Both the position numbers and the translations under genes were made by a program. A DNA stretch of 64,000 nt from Eledone cirrhosa (Eukaryota), in contig OZ024743.1 in NCBI GenBank assembly GCA_964016885.1, positions 270,444,001 to 270,508,000 of the forward strand, given 5' to 3'. Below the pieces are notes generated by a model, which did not search any database, had not been told where the DNA came from, and was given only the letters and a program-made list of their open reading frames with translations. Of this stretch, positions 1 to 12,262 are shown piece after piece. Within the stretch, counting starts at the first letter, position 1. Every line of letters begins with the position of its first letter.

Positions 1-1063
1 TGTTCGTGCAGATTGCATATATATTATGTAATAGCACACAAAATGATGCTTTTTCTAAATTTGATACCATCCTCCTCCTATTCATTATCCTCCTCATCAT
101 CGACATCATAATCATTATCATCATCATCGACATTATTATCATCATTGTCATTATCATCATCATTATCATCATTATCACCATTATCCTCATTCATCCTCCA
201 TTTCCACCACCGTTATCGTTTTCACAATCACTATTATAGAGCATTCTGAGTAGACCCCCCCCCCCCCCCCACATACACACACTCTTCCTCTGTAAACGTT
301 GATCTGCAGATGTTCAGTCTGAACATTAACCGCATCAATCTCACAAGTCTGGAAGTATCTTTCAGTGATCATTGTCCGCACCAGCGACGGAACCTTTACG
401 TGGGAGCACAACTTAATATCAATATCAGCCACATTTCTCTCTACCGTTTCTATCATTCCTAGAGTGGTATTGTCCCACCTTTATTCAGACACTCACGCCA
501 CATTTCTCTCTTATTCTCATCATCCATATTGTGTTCAGCCCCTTAACTCCAAACTAACCATTACACTCATTCCTTTTATCTCTCAAGAATTCTCTCCTTG
601 CATGTTTTTCCTGCTGGAATCGACTAAACTAACAACAATTTAAATAGAACACCACAACATTAGCCTCATCGTACTCGAAAGACCTGCAAACGTCAAGGGC
701 ACAGTATCTTCCTCCAGGTCAGATAAATAAAAAAAATCATCTTCAAATCATGTCTCAAACTCAAAATGGACAGTCACATTGTTTTATATTGTACCAAGAT
801 ACAACACATCTGGTAAAGCAAATGGTAAAAAAAAATGGGATGATCCCGACTATAATGCCATGATCCCGACTATAATGCCTTTGATCATCAGAGTTGATCT
901 GAGGTTAAATAAAAAGATTTAAAAAAAAAGTGTTTTTATAGAAGTCCATGAGATAAGTTTAAATTTTCAAATGCATTGTTAAAAACAATATTCACATACT
1001 ATTTGTATCCATTGTTTTCTAAGGATAAACATTTTTCCCTTTTGAATATTATTCTCCCCATGA

Positions 1064-1288
1064 GCGCGGTGGATTGTCAGTATCGGTAGAGCGTCGGACA
1101 ACATGCTTCGCAGCATAGAGTTTTGGACCTTTACGATCTGAGTTCAAATCCCGCCGAGGTTAGCTTTGACTTTCATCTTTACGGGGTCGATAAAATAAAG
1201 CACCAGTAATGCACTGGGGTCGATTTAATCGACTTTCTCCTCTCCAAAAATTGCTGGCCTTCGGCCTATAGTAGAAATTATTATTATT
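1064..1288 (+). mobile_element. tRNA-derived SINE (family A, long subtype)
   Basis: A-box-like TGTCAGTATCGG, B-box GAGTTCAAATCCC, shared body GCCGAGGTTAGCTTTG...GGGGTCGATAAAATAAAG, (ATT)n tail, possible TSD tattattctc; more than 10 related copies in the window. Confidence 0.85.
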
Positions 1289-1671
1289 CTCTCCGTACAA
1301 CAATCTTGTGTGTGAGTAATTGTAGTCGGGGAAGAGGGGTCAGTGGAAAAGTTCATTTAATGAAAAGGAGTCCTTGGTAGTGAACATTTAGGCAATCACT
1401 GCTCCAACAGTATGGTGAATTACTGCAGTAAAATATTATATAACAAACTGTTCTCTTTCAGAAATATAAGCAAATACGTTGAATGGATTTGAGCTTTCCT
1501 ACGTATGATCAAAGAGTCCGTTGCCTCTATCCACTCTGCCATTAAATCAATACAATATCTAAGAAAACATCCATGAAGTGACTTTGCCTGATGCCAAATC
1601 TCCTTCAAATTTCGTCATACTGTCTTTTAAAAAGGGAGGAATACATTGAACAATGTAGAGTTACATATGTT

Positions 1672-1865
1672 GTTGGTCCTCTATCAATTTCGACGGTGAG
1701 TGTTCCTGTTGTTCGAACAAGAGAACACCATGCTCGTGAAATTAACGCGGAATTGGCTGAGCATTTCACAGACGCGTACGTCTTTAGCGTAGTTTTCAGG
1801 GAGTTGAATTTTAGGTATAACTCATTTTTAGGCCGAACACCCTAACCACTAAGCCGTGCGCCTTC
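1672..1865 (+). mobile_element. Diverged SINE-like fragment (family B)
   Basis: CTCGTGAAATTAACGYG...GCATTYCACAGACRCGT shared with ~60470-60585 (+) and ~11905-12085 (-). Confidence 0.55.
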
Positions 1866-2488
1866 ACGGTATTAGATATCCGAAAAGACGGGATGGCCAT
1901 ATTGGATAGTCGTGCCAAGAATATCTTAGATAATAGTTATATACGATCAGAACTGCTCTAGATGTTAAACTAGAACGACAACATGTATATATATATATAC
2001 ATATATGTATATATATGCATCGACAAATCAAGGGATTAGTGTTTGTAAGACCTATTAAGATGGCAGTGAAATATCTCTTAAGCTTAAACTTACTGATGAA
2101 TAAATAGGAAATATTTGCTAAAGTTCTCCTCAAAATTCTACAGACGGATGGTCATAACTGAATTACATTTCATCTTGGATGTGCTTAAGCATGGCTGACC
2201 TAAGGTTAAACAACAGCAACAACAACAATAACAACCACTACACAAAGCCTTCCTGGGGTGATAGATATGGTGTGGCCATTCTGATTCCAAAGATGGGGCT
2301 GCGAAGGCCTTGAAACTTTAATGTACACACGTGGATTTAAAAACGCTATTATTTTAGATTAATAAAGAAATATGACCCAACACTATGGTCAATGGCACTA
2401 GGTCAATATTCCAGGCAGTGAGATCGAACAAGGGCCTAAAAATTTGCAGAGCAATTCTTAAACATTTAGACATGCTACGCCCCCTCCC

Positions 2489-2560
<72 letters not shown>

Positions 2561-2569
2561 TTTCTTATA

Positions 2570-3404
2570 TCTTAACTATAATAAAGAAAGGCGTCCAGAA
2601 TATATTTACTTTGAATAAATAAGGAATGAATATTACATAATTTATGTACTAAGTTTCGTAACTCTTGATGAAATATATGTTATTGCTTATTTAAAGATTC
2701 ACTTCTTTAACATATTCAAAATCAACACTTCCGGTTATATTCGGTGAATTGGCAGTATCGATAGAAGGTCGGACATGCTTTCCAGCATAGTTACGTCCCT
2801 TTACGATCTGAGTTCAAATCCCACCGAGGTTAACTTTGCATTTCATCCATACAGAAGTCGATAAAATAAAGTACCAGTAATGTACTGGGTAATTGCTGGC
2901 CTTGTACCAAAAGTAGAAACAATTATTTTTTTAGGTTAACTTTGCCTTTCATCCTTACGGGGTCGATAAAATAAAGTACCAGTAATGCACTGGGTAATTG
3001 CTGGCCTTGTGCCAAAAGTAGAAAAAATTATTTTTTTTGGTTAACTTTGCCTTTCATTCTTCCGGGGTCGATAGAATAAAGTACCAGTAATGTACTGGGT
3101 ATTTGCTGGCCTTGTGCCAAAAGTAGAAACAATTATAACACTTATAAAAACGTTGCATATATTTCCGTCGCTAATTTTCCCTAATGCAGTGTACTGTATA
3201 TATAATATCGTCTTTGTTTAATGTATCCTGGATTACTGATTACATAAGACAGTGTAACGCTGACTTCGTTCATTTTCTGTGCATATTGTTAATTACGATT
3301 TTATTTGATGTATCATATCAACATGTATATATACTTGAGTATAATATCAATATAGACACTACACATGCTAGCAGAAAACCACGCGCAGAGTGGTTTATCT
3401 GCTA

Positions 3405-3405
<1 letters not shown>
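2570..3405 (+). mobile_element. Non-autonomous Helitron (family H2) interrupted by a SINE array
   Basis: A|TC 5' end (TCTTAACTATAATAAA), 3' hairpin GCAGAAAACCAC...GTGGTTTATCTGC ending CTAG|T; homologous to 25699-27287. Confidence 0.75.
2742..3136 (+). mobile_element. Family A SINE followed by two tandem copies of its 3' half
   Basis: Full head and body 2742-2925, then GGTTAACTTTGCC...GTAGAAA repeated at ~2933-3031 and ~3039-3136. Confidence 0.85.
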
Positions 3406-3452
<47 letters not shown>

Positions 3453-3513
3453 CGATATATATCAACTCGTGTGTTACTTTTCTACATTCGATATATATAT
3501 ATATCGAATGTTG

Positions 3514-3563
<50 letters not shown>

Positions 3564-3608
3564 TTCTACAGGACAAGAACTGTTTCATTCGGGAGAAATC
3601 ACCAGGAA

Positions 3609-3657
3609 GCTCCCTGATGATTTCTCCCGAATGAAACAGTTCTAGTCCTGTAGAAGC
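3609..3657 (+). ncRNA. Type I hammerhead ribozyme motif inside a palindrome (3559-3660)
   Basis: GCTCC CTGATGA T-TTC tccc GAA-T GAAA CAG ttctagtc CTG TA GAAGC; mirror copy on minus strand has a mutated core (CTGGTGA). Confidence 0.65.
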
Positions 3658-3744
3658 CATCTTTATATAATATATTAAATATTCATGCTCTGCTTTGTAT
3701 TGTGTACCTTGCTTCCTGTGGTTAGCATCGATTGAACCCGGGAT

Positions 3745-3815
<71 letters not shown>

Positions 3816-3876
3816 TATATATATATATATATATATAAGATAGATAGATATATACACACACACACGCACGAACATG

Positions 3877-3913
<37 letters not shown>

Positions 3914-4286
3914 ATATATATATATATATATACATACATACATAAATGCATATATATATATATACAAATATGTGAGTGTGTGACGCTTTTGATTTTTTTA
4001 AATGTCGCATGTATCTGCTTCGTTTACTCAGCTAATACTCGTAAGGGACGGTATGAACATCACAACATTAACATTAATACAACTGGACATACTTTGATCT
4101 TGGTAGATATCTTACATATCAACATGTTAATCATTCACCTTGTATATTTCAACTAAAGCCTGAGAGAAACAAACATTTATCACATTTGTGTGTGTATGTC
4201 TGTGAAAGAGAGTGTGTGTGTATATAAATATATATATATATATGTGTGTGTGTGTGAAAGAGAGTGTGTGTGTATATATATATATA

Positions 4287-4349
<63 letters not shown>

Positions 4350-5026
4350 ATATATATATATATAAAAATAAATATATATATGTGTGTGTGTGTGTGTGTA
4401 TGTCATTATATGTGTGTGAGAGAGAGAATGAGCGATTAAGGGAATTCTATGTTTGATCAGGTAAAATACGCCGCAACATACACGCATTTACGCACATTCA
4501 TTACACACACGTCACACACATACACACACCGGCACACACACACACACACGCACAATTTCTCTCTCTTTCTCTCTTACACACACAGAGACTCTCATACACA
4601 TACACACACATTTATATACACACTCTCTCACACGCGTGTATGCTTCGCAGAGAAAAAATAAAAGGCATAAAGCTAATAATCCCTTTTTATCAGATTGCTA
4701 TCCATCTCCATAAAGATTGACAATATATATTTTTTTTTCATATTTTATCACATGTGTTATATATTTGATATTTATTATATTTCATCTTTTTTATCAAAGA
4801 AATATCAAACGGAGCAGCGTTCATGATAAAGAGGAGAAAGCGAGGGAAAAGTTTTAAAAAATGTTTTTAAAAAAATCAACAACAAAACATCAACATCAAC
4901 AACAACAAGAAGAAAATATCGACAACAGCAACAAAAGTAACGCAACAAGACTGAAACGAAAAAGCAAAATGCAACGAAACGCAACAACAACGAAACAAAA
5001 TTATTCTTCTCATCTGATTTCTAAAT

Positions 5027-5575
5027 TTAGCCATCAAATCTGAAGTCGATGGGAGTGCTTATACGTGGTTGCTTGATTGCAAGAAATAAACAGCAAAATC
5101 TGCTTAAATCTCCACTCATTACTGTCTTTAAATTAAAAATAAAAACAGCAACGATTTCCATCGAGCCCATCCAAATGACTTTCGATCCATAGTTGTCTGA
5201 AGCTTCAACCTGCTCCGTAGCTGTGGAGACTTCTGGTGTCTTTGGCCTTAGGGACATCTCCCTACTCACTACCATTGGCACAGAGTTTACTATCCCAGGT
5301 ATGAGCCTCGCAAGCTGGAATGGCTCTTCCAGCGCGTCTCCTTCACCATCCTCCGAGGAAACACCTTCTATATTCTGTCCACCGGGGCCGCGGGGTAACC
5401 AGTGTGTGGACCCCCATTTGCTCACAACAGTGAGAGATGGAGAGCGGGAGAGACGGAGACAGTGACAGTGGGAGTTTGGTCCCTTTGTGTTCGGATCTGG
5501 TGTATATGTATGTTTCACAGACTGAGGCATTTCTATTTGTCTTTCAAATAGGAAGTACGTATCTGAGGTCAACAT
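5027..5575 (-). CDS. Unrecognised 182-codon non-repetitive ORF, possible exon
   Basis: Only sizeable complex, GC-richer ORF not attributable to a TE or microsatellite; no domain recognised. Confidence 0.2.
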   Translation of the reverse strand: MLTSDTYFLFERQIEMPQSVKHTYTPDPNTKGPNSHCHCLRLSRSPSLTVVSKWGSTHWLPRGPGGQNIEGVSSEDGEGDALEEPFQLARLIPGIVNSVPMVVSREMSLRPKTPEVSTATEQVEASDNYGSKVIWMGSMEIVAVFIFNLKTVMSGDLSRFCCLFLAIKQPRISTPIDFRFDG

Positions 5576-5839
5576 GACAAACTATATAACACAACTTAGA
5601 ACTCTAGTTCAAAACATGTCCAGTCACTGCTGAGATGGTGTAATACTTTATTAATAATAAATATTTTAAAATAAGATTTCACTGAGATATACACTTACTT
5701 ATGCTTGGTTTTAAAACTTACCTGTCAACATCTGCCAAGCTCATGTTGGGTTGGTTTCCTCCCGTGGTTATCGACACCTAGATGGGATTGGAACGTAGAG
5801 AGACGAAACACATACTGACGGTCTCACAATTCCACTAAT

Positions 5840-5968
5840 CCCATACTTGACCGGTACTTGAAAGGATGAAAGGTAAAGCTGACCTAGACGAGATTTGAAC
5901 TCCGAACGCCGAGAGCCAGAACGAGTACCACAAAGCATTTTCTCTGACACTCTAGTAACTCTGCTAAT
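5840..5968 (-). mobile_element. Diverged family A-like SINE
   Basis: Reverse complement of B-box (GATTTGAACTC) and GGATGAAAGG...AAG body. Confidence 0.6.
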
Positions 5969-6083
5969 TTGACAGAAGGTTATATTACCTTAATTAGTAC
6001 TCGATTCACTGCGCCTTTAAAATATGCCTTGCACCATATCTGTTCAATCACAACTGATATGGGGCTAAACAACAACAACAACA

Positions 6084-6120
<37 letters not shown>

Positions 6121-6529
6121 TCACCATCACCACCACCACCACCACCACCACCACCACCATCACCACCACCACCAACTACAACAATACTACTACTACGACA
6201 CAAGCAAACGTGGTCGCTCGATCTGCTAGAAAGATCAGTCAAACCCTACTGACTTATAAAATGGACACATTGACTAACATACACTGCAACACATTTTTCC
6301 TGAAAACCGAATAAACGGATGATGATGTCTGAAATGTCTTTCATCATAGGTCGGGTGCTTGATCATATCTGACCCGGAATTAAAAACAACCACAAATATT
6401 GGGGGTTCGGGAATGTCGGAAATAAAATATTAGGAGAGGAACTTGTGGGGGGAAGATTTTACTGAGAAGTAAAATACTGAAGAGATCACACGAGCAACAC
6501 GGAAGAAAGGTTAATATGTAATAATTATT

Positions 6530-6910
6530 TATACTTTAAGAACAAGGCCAGCGATTTTTGAGTAGGAAAAAGTCAATTAAATCGTCCCAAGAGCATTACT
6601 GGTACTTTATTTTATCGACCTTGTAAAGATGAAAAGCAAAGCTAACCTTCGCGGGATTAGAACTCAGGAGGTAGCCAACTCACCGCCCTCAGGTTAAAAT
6701 ATAATAATTGTTTCTACTTTTGGCACAAGGCCAGCAATTTATCAGTGCATTACTGGTACTTTATTTTATCGACCCCGTGAGGATGAAAGGCAAAGTCATT
6801 GTTTCTACATTTTGGCACAAAGCCAATTACCCCAGTGCATTACTGGTGCTTTATTTTATCGACCCCGTAAGGATGAAGGGCAAAGTTAACCTCGGCGGGA
6901 TTTGAACTCA
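6530..6910 (-). mobile_element. Cluster of partial family A SINEs
   Basis: Three 3'-half copies (CATTACTGGT.CTTTATTTTATCGACC) in tandem. Confidence 0.8.
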
Positions 6911-7416
6911 GATAATAATAGCTTAATGTAAGCTGATTCAACATAGGGTTTTTTTTTTTATATGAGAAATAGTTGACTATGTTTCTATGTGATCGTATTT
7001 CTAATGAAATACAATCTATTTTAATTAATTAATGGGGAATGTTTAAGGATTTTCTAAAATTATTTCTTTACTAATAGTTGTAACATAACATAAGGTTTCT
7101 AAATAAATCTATGTTGGAGGATTCCAACCCAGAAAGGAACCCTTTAAATGGGTTGTTTTGCTTATTAGAACCAGAGCTGGTTTTAGTTGCGTTGAAGCAG
7201 TTTGAATTAAGTTAATACTTTTGTTCAACGCTTCTTTAATATATATATATTTTACAATAAGAATAATTCTAACAAATAAAGAGTAAGAGAGCAAGATGGC
7301 ACACATTTATGTTAAATATATAATACTTTAGAGAGTTGTGATTGGAGTGAAGGGTTTTCTCTCGATAGAAAAGCTCCAATCACACCCATCTCAAAATATA
7401 CAAGCTTTATAATACA

Positions 7417-8404
7417 CTAGCAGTAAAGCCCGGCGTTGCTCGGGGTCGCTCAGTAGCTGTGTTAAAGTTACAATGTTAAGTTTCTTTCTTGGCTTAAAAA
7501 CTGTAGTGTCTACTGTGCAGACTTGCATGTGGTGTTTTTGATTAATATTCCCTCAACCAACAATATGCCTTATGAAGTTAAGAAAACATAACGATAACCC
7601 GAATGTTATAACAAAAGAGGATGCTGGGGATAGAAACTGCACTGGTTATTTATTAACAAAGATCGAAAATGTAAACACTGCAACGCAGAGAAAAACATTA
7701 GCGTAACCAAATTATCAGTTATGTCTGTCTGCACGCCTATATCACCTCTCTGCACGACTGTCTGTCTGCACGCCTATATCACCTCTCTGCACGACTGTCT
7801 GTCTGCACGCCTATATCACCTCTCTGCACGACTATCTGTCTGCACGCCTATATCACCTCTCTGCACGACTGACTGTCTGCACGCGTATATCACCTCTCTG
7901 CACGACTGTCTGTCTGCACGACTGTCTGTCTGCACGCCTAACGACGAAATATTTGCTTGTTTTACGTAGTCTTTAAATAGACTTGTTTTCAAGTAAAAAT
8001 ATTGTTTTAAAATGCTTTTAAATGGAAATGAAGCAAAACGGAAGCTTAGTGTTCGAACTGATGAATTTTGCAGGTCAATATTTTGCTGGCTCGACAACTG
8101 TCTGTTCGTGTATTGTGTTAATGTCATTTTAAACGCTGAGAAAGCCAGCGTAATTTTTTACGTAAGACGCTCAATGTAAACAGAACAAAGGGAAATAACT
8201 GATAACTTACGCTCAAAAATCGATACATTATATTCGATTTCGTCACATAGGGTGGGTCAATTTGAAATATTTTTTTCCGATGTCTTCGCTAGGGCTCAAT
8301 GTACAAGTATAGCAATTTCGGTGCAATTCCGTCAGAGATTCTAAGAGGAGATGTGTGCCAAAAATCGATAGACAGACAGACAACCACAGTTTTATATATA
8401 TAGA
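7417..8404 (-). mobile_element. Non-autonomous Helitron (family H1)
   Basis: Minus strand: A|TCTATATATATAAAACTGTGGTTGTCTGTCTG at the 5' end, hairpin CCCGAGCAACGCCGGG plus CTTTACTGCTAG|T at the 3' end, no TSD. Confidence 0.85.
7722..7940. repeat. 37-bp minisatellite (~5 copies) inside Helitron
   Basis: TGTCTGTCTGCACGCCTATATCACCTCTCTGCACGAC tandem units. Confidence 0.9.
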
Positions 8405-8548
8405 TATATTCACATTAGACTGCGTATTGAATATTCTCACTGTTGTTCATGGACCATTTACAAATTACCATTACATATACATATATAAATGTCTGTGTGT
8501 GCCTGTCTGTGCCTGTGCGTGTCTGTGTGTGTGTCTGTGTGTGTGTAC

Positions 8549-8600
<52 letters not shown>

Positions 8601-8602
<2 letters not shown>

Positions 8603-8683
8603 TAAAACAAGTCTATAGAATCACAAGATAAAATATATACCAAGTATATATTTTATCTTGTGATTCTATAGACATGTTTTATG
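8601..8683. repeat. Fold-back palindrome (40-bp arms, 3-nt loop)
   Basis: CATAAAACAAGTCTATAGAATCACAAGATAAAATATATAC caa followed by its reverse complement with 1 mismatch; starts at a (TA)n run. Confidence 0.9.
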
Positions 8684-8891
8684 ATATATAGCTCTGATTG
8701 TTTAATTTATTAATTTTTCATTGAGCCACAAAGTGACCTGTTGCAAAACACGTATATGTATATATATATGTATATATATATATATATATGTAAACTTTTA
8801 TATATATATATATATATATATATTATATGCTCTGTAAGAGCATAGAGTGCTCAACCGGCATACCGCTATGGAAGCATCTTAGCTACCATCA

Positions 8892-9027
<136 letters not shown>

Positions 9028-9032
9028 CCAAC

Positions 9033-9910
9033 TTAGATACCAACTTAAAAGAGCTAACACGGCACTCTCAGAACTCATATGGTCCTTGAAAGACAAAAAT
9101 ATTAACTATAACATCTTTTGGAGAAAAGTTTATTCTGCCTCTCCCTACTTGAATGCCTCCCTATCCAGAACATGTAATCTTTGCCTATCTGAAAAAATTA
9201 CCATTATATCTAATCTCAATTCTATAATAAATAGACGCACTGATTTATTTTCTCTCTGCTTGCATAAATTCCACAGAACATTCCATAATGTATACAGCTA
9301 ATATCTAATACCTTACTAGTTTAAAATCCCTTTTCTCAAAGGATTATATATCTTTTTAAAATATACCCATCTTTCTACCTTATTTCAATATTATTTATTA
9401 TATATTATATAATACAAGTTACTCATTCTATATCATTCCTCTTTATCACTTTCCTTTCTTCCTATTTTATTTCTAATCTCTAATCTGAACTTTTCTTCCT
9501 AACTACTTCTCAATTCTTATTATTACTCACCACAACATTATCCATTCTTCCATCTTTCTTCATATCATACTTATATTTAAGTAACAGCCGTACTAAGAGT
9601 GGGAAATGAAATTTCGTTTCATTTTTTCCGTTTATCGTTTTCGGTGCACCCGGCCGATTAACCCACTCGATATGCAAATTGGGCTACTCAGTCGTTAATA
9701 TGCATAAGGTAAGTATATACGTTCAATAATCTGACAGGAAGGTATACGTTGCTGACGATAGATAATAAGCTTGAAACTAGTACAGCGTTCCTTTGTCAGT
9801 GTTGAACAAACGAGCAACGATGGTTGCTAGACACTACGGCTTAATACGGGATGTTTGTTTACAAACACAGCGAGCATTATAATAAATGTTCGGTGAATCC
9901 ATACGTACAT
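9033..9910 (+). mobile_element. Penelope-like element 3' remnant (endonuclease C-terminus plus terminal region)
   Basis: TALSELIWSLKDKNINYNIFW...CNLCLSEK...INRRTDLFSLCLH resembles the C-terminus of PLE GIY-YIG domains of the CxLCxxEK (Hydra-like) type; hammerhead downstream; ~65-bp direct repeat at 9567 and 9988. Confidence 0.7.
9746..9788 (+). ncRNA. Minimal type I hammerhead motif
   Basis: ACGTTG CTGACGA t-agat aata agct-t GAAA CTAG TA CAGCGT; palindromic stem III. Confidence 0.7.
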
Positions 9911-10051
9911 ATATATATATGTGTGCATGTATGTATATATATATACATACTACTCTACGTCTGTATACATATATGTATGTACGTGTACATACTTATATTT
10001 AAGTAACAGCCGTACTAAGAGTGGGAAATGGAATTTCGTTTCATTTTTTCC

Positions 10052-10097
<46 letters not shown>

Positions 10098-10228
10098 AAA
10101 GTTATATTTAAAATTGTTGGGTTACAACTAGTAAATATTTATAACTGATATAAAAGCACTCGACAAATATTTGGAGTATATTTACAATATTAAATAAATG
10201 GAAAACTATATTTATAAAACCATATTTA

Positions 10229-10290
10229 TTTCATTATATATATTTCGGGGATATCATATTAACAATATGCTATGCCTTCATCAGACAAAA
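10229..10290 (-). ncRNA. Minimal type I hammerhead motif
   Basis: TTTTGT CTGATGA aggcatagcatatt gtt aatatgatatcccc GAAA TATATA TA ATGAAA. Confidence 0.65.
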
Positions 10291-10579
10291 TACAATATAA
10301 ACAGTTTTATAGATAAATAGATTCGACATACCGTTATAACACCGACTTCCATTTGAAGAGGTTTAAGCTGGCAGTGAAAAAATTTTACACAGAGAGAAAG
10401 AAAGAGAGAAAAAAAAAGAAAGAAAGACAGAAAACGAAGAAAAGGAAGAAAAAGAAGAAAAAGAAGAAATGCATGGAACAAAATAGAGAGATGGAAAGAT
10501 AGATAAAGCGAAGAACTTCATGTAAAGAAACATATATATACATATATATATATATGTATGTATGTATGTATGTATATAC

Positions 10580-11052
10580 ATATTGTTATATTTGGGGAGG
10601 GTCATATTTGTGTAATATTGCCAGAATTAATAACAGAACACACTCACTGTTTGGTTGGTTTTCGCTTTTCGCTTCTATGTCTTTTATATCGGTAATCTAA
10701 TATACTCGGTCCTCAATGTTGCCATTGACTGACCGACGGTCAAAAATAATACAGATACAATATAGACACAAACACATATATATAGTTTATTATAAATCTT
10801 TCGTTGCACATCTGCAACATCGTCAGTGGTGCTATTTTTTTCCTCCTGTTGAATTGTATGGCTACGCCATTTTTATTCAGTCTGTCTATATATTTATTTA
10901 TTTATTTGCTTGTTTGTTTATTTTATTTTGTCTTCTTTGCGCATGAGTGTGTTCTGTTATTAATTCTGGGAATATTACACAAATATGACCCTCCCCAAGT
11001 ATAACAATATTTGTTTCGACACACGATTTCATATAAAAAACCTCGCAAAACT
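10580..11052 (-). mobile_element. PLE (Naiad-like) terminal-repeat fragment with inverted tail and hammerhead core
   Basis: Homologous to 39010-39360 and 43960-44275; IR 10580-10646 / 10944-11010; CTGACGA T GTTGCA gatg TGCAAC GAAA on minus at ~10798-10826. Confidence 0.8.
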
Positions 11053-11739
11053 ATATATATACACATATATATATATTCAATATATATGTTAATTTCTGTG
11101 AATCTGCCAATGATTATAACCGGAGCCTTGGTTTCGTTCGGTCGGTTGACCGTACATGTCAACGTGTTTGAAAATATTAAGCTGACCTTAGGCAATGTAA
11201 GCGTTGTAGTCCGTTGGTTACCATGTGTTATGCAACAGGGGGAAAGATCATCTTTGAAATTTTCAAGGAAAAATTTGAGCGTGTGTCTTAGTTGAAATTA
11301 ACTCATTTTGTGTGAGGGGGGGGGGGGGGTAAATTTACGATTGAGGTAGAATATCGGATAATATTCTGCTTCCAGGCAATGCAGAAGTTACATTAATTTC
11401 ATTTGATTTTCATCATCTGTGCCTTATCTAATTCTTCCCACGAGATGCTGGTCATGTCTGCTTTGTTATTCAATTTCTAAATGTGATATGAAAGTGTTTT
11501 ACCGGATTGATGACTGAACTAATTGTTCTACTGCTGCAGGTGACTGTTGAAAGAATGCTCACTAAATTCTATACAGGTAATTGTTGAAGGTGTGCTCACT
11601 AAACCGTATACAGCTTGTTGATTTGTTGCTGAAGGAAACATCAATCCAGTATACAATGCCACCAGAAATTTGCCCTTTAGATGGCTAAGTTTCATATTGC
11701 AGTAATTGCATACTGGCTTTCTTCCTTCTACGTTTATGA

Positions 11740-12085
11740 GGACACAACATGGCCAGATTGTTAAGAAGTAAGCATCGCAATCATTAGGTCACGAATGCGA
11801 TCCCTTGTGTGGCATCATGGGCAAGTGTCATTTACCACAGCCTCGGGTTGATCCATACCATACGAAGGAAATTGGGTAGACGGAAACTGTTTGAAAGCCC
11901 CTCAGGGCCAGTTATGTCAAACACTGTGACACGCTGAATCTCCTTGAAAACTATGTAAAAAATACACGTGTTTGTAAAATGTTCAGCTACTTGTACGTTA
12001 ATTTTCATGAGCAGGTTGTTCCGTTGATCGAATATATGGAACTCTGATCGTCCAAACAGAAGTCCATCCATCGATCGATTGTTCG
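11740..12085. mobile_element. Two abutting diverged SINE fragments (CORE-like on +, family B on -)
   Basis: TGGGCAAGTGTC...GGTAGACGGAAACTG also seen diverged at ~61005-61175; 11905-12085 is the reverse complement of family B. Confidence 0.5.
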
Positions 12086-12262
12086 ACAACATTAGGCTGC
12101 TATATTTTCGCTTCCTGGACTTTGATAATATGTTTGTCGTGCATCTGTAACCTTAATGTACTTTTTAGTGAACAGCTTGTACAATTTATGGCCGTGCGAG
12201 AAATGTCTTCCGATTAAGGATAGAAAATATTTTGCAGTTCTAGTCTTTCAACCAATGTTGCA

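Noticed and set aside
187-643. Short overlapping ORFs near the window start
   Set aside because: No recognisable domain or splice support; possibly old TE debris
1064-1160. tRNA genes at SINE heads
   Set aside because: A and B boxes are present but there is no cloverleaf, and they continue into SINE body and tail
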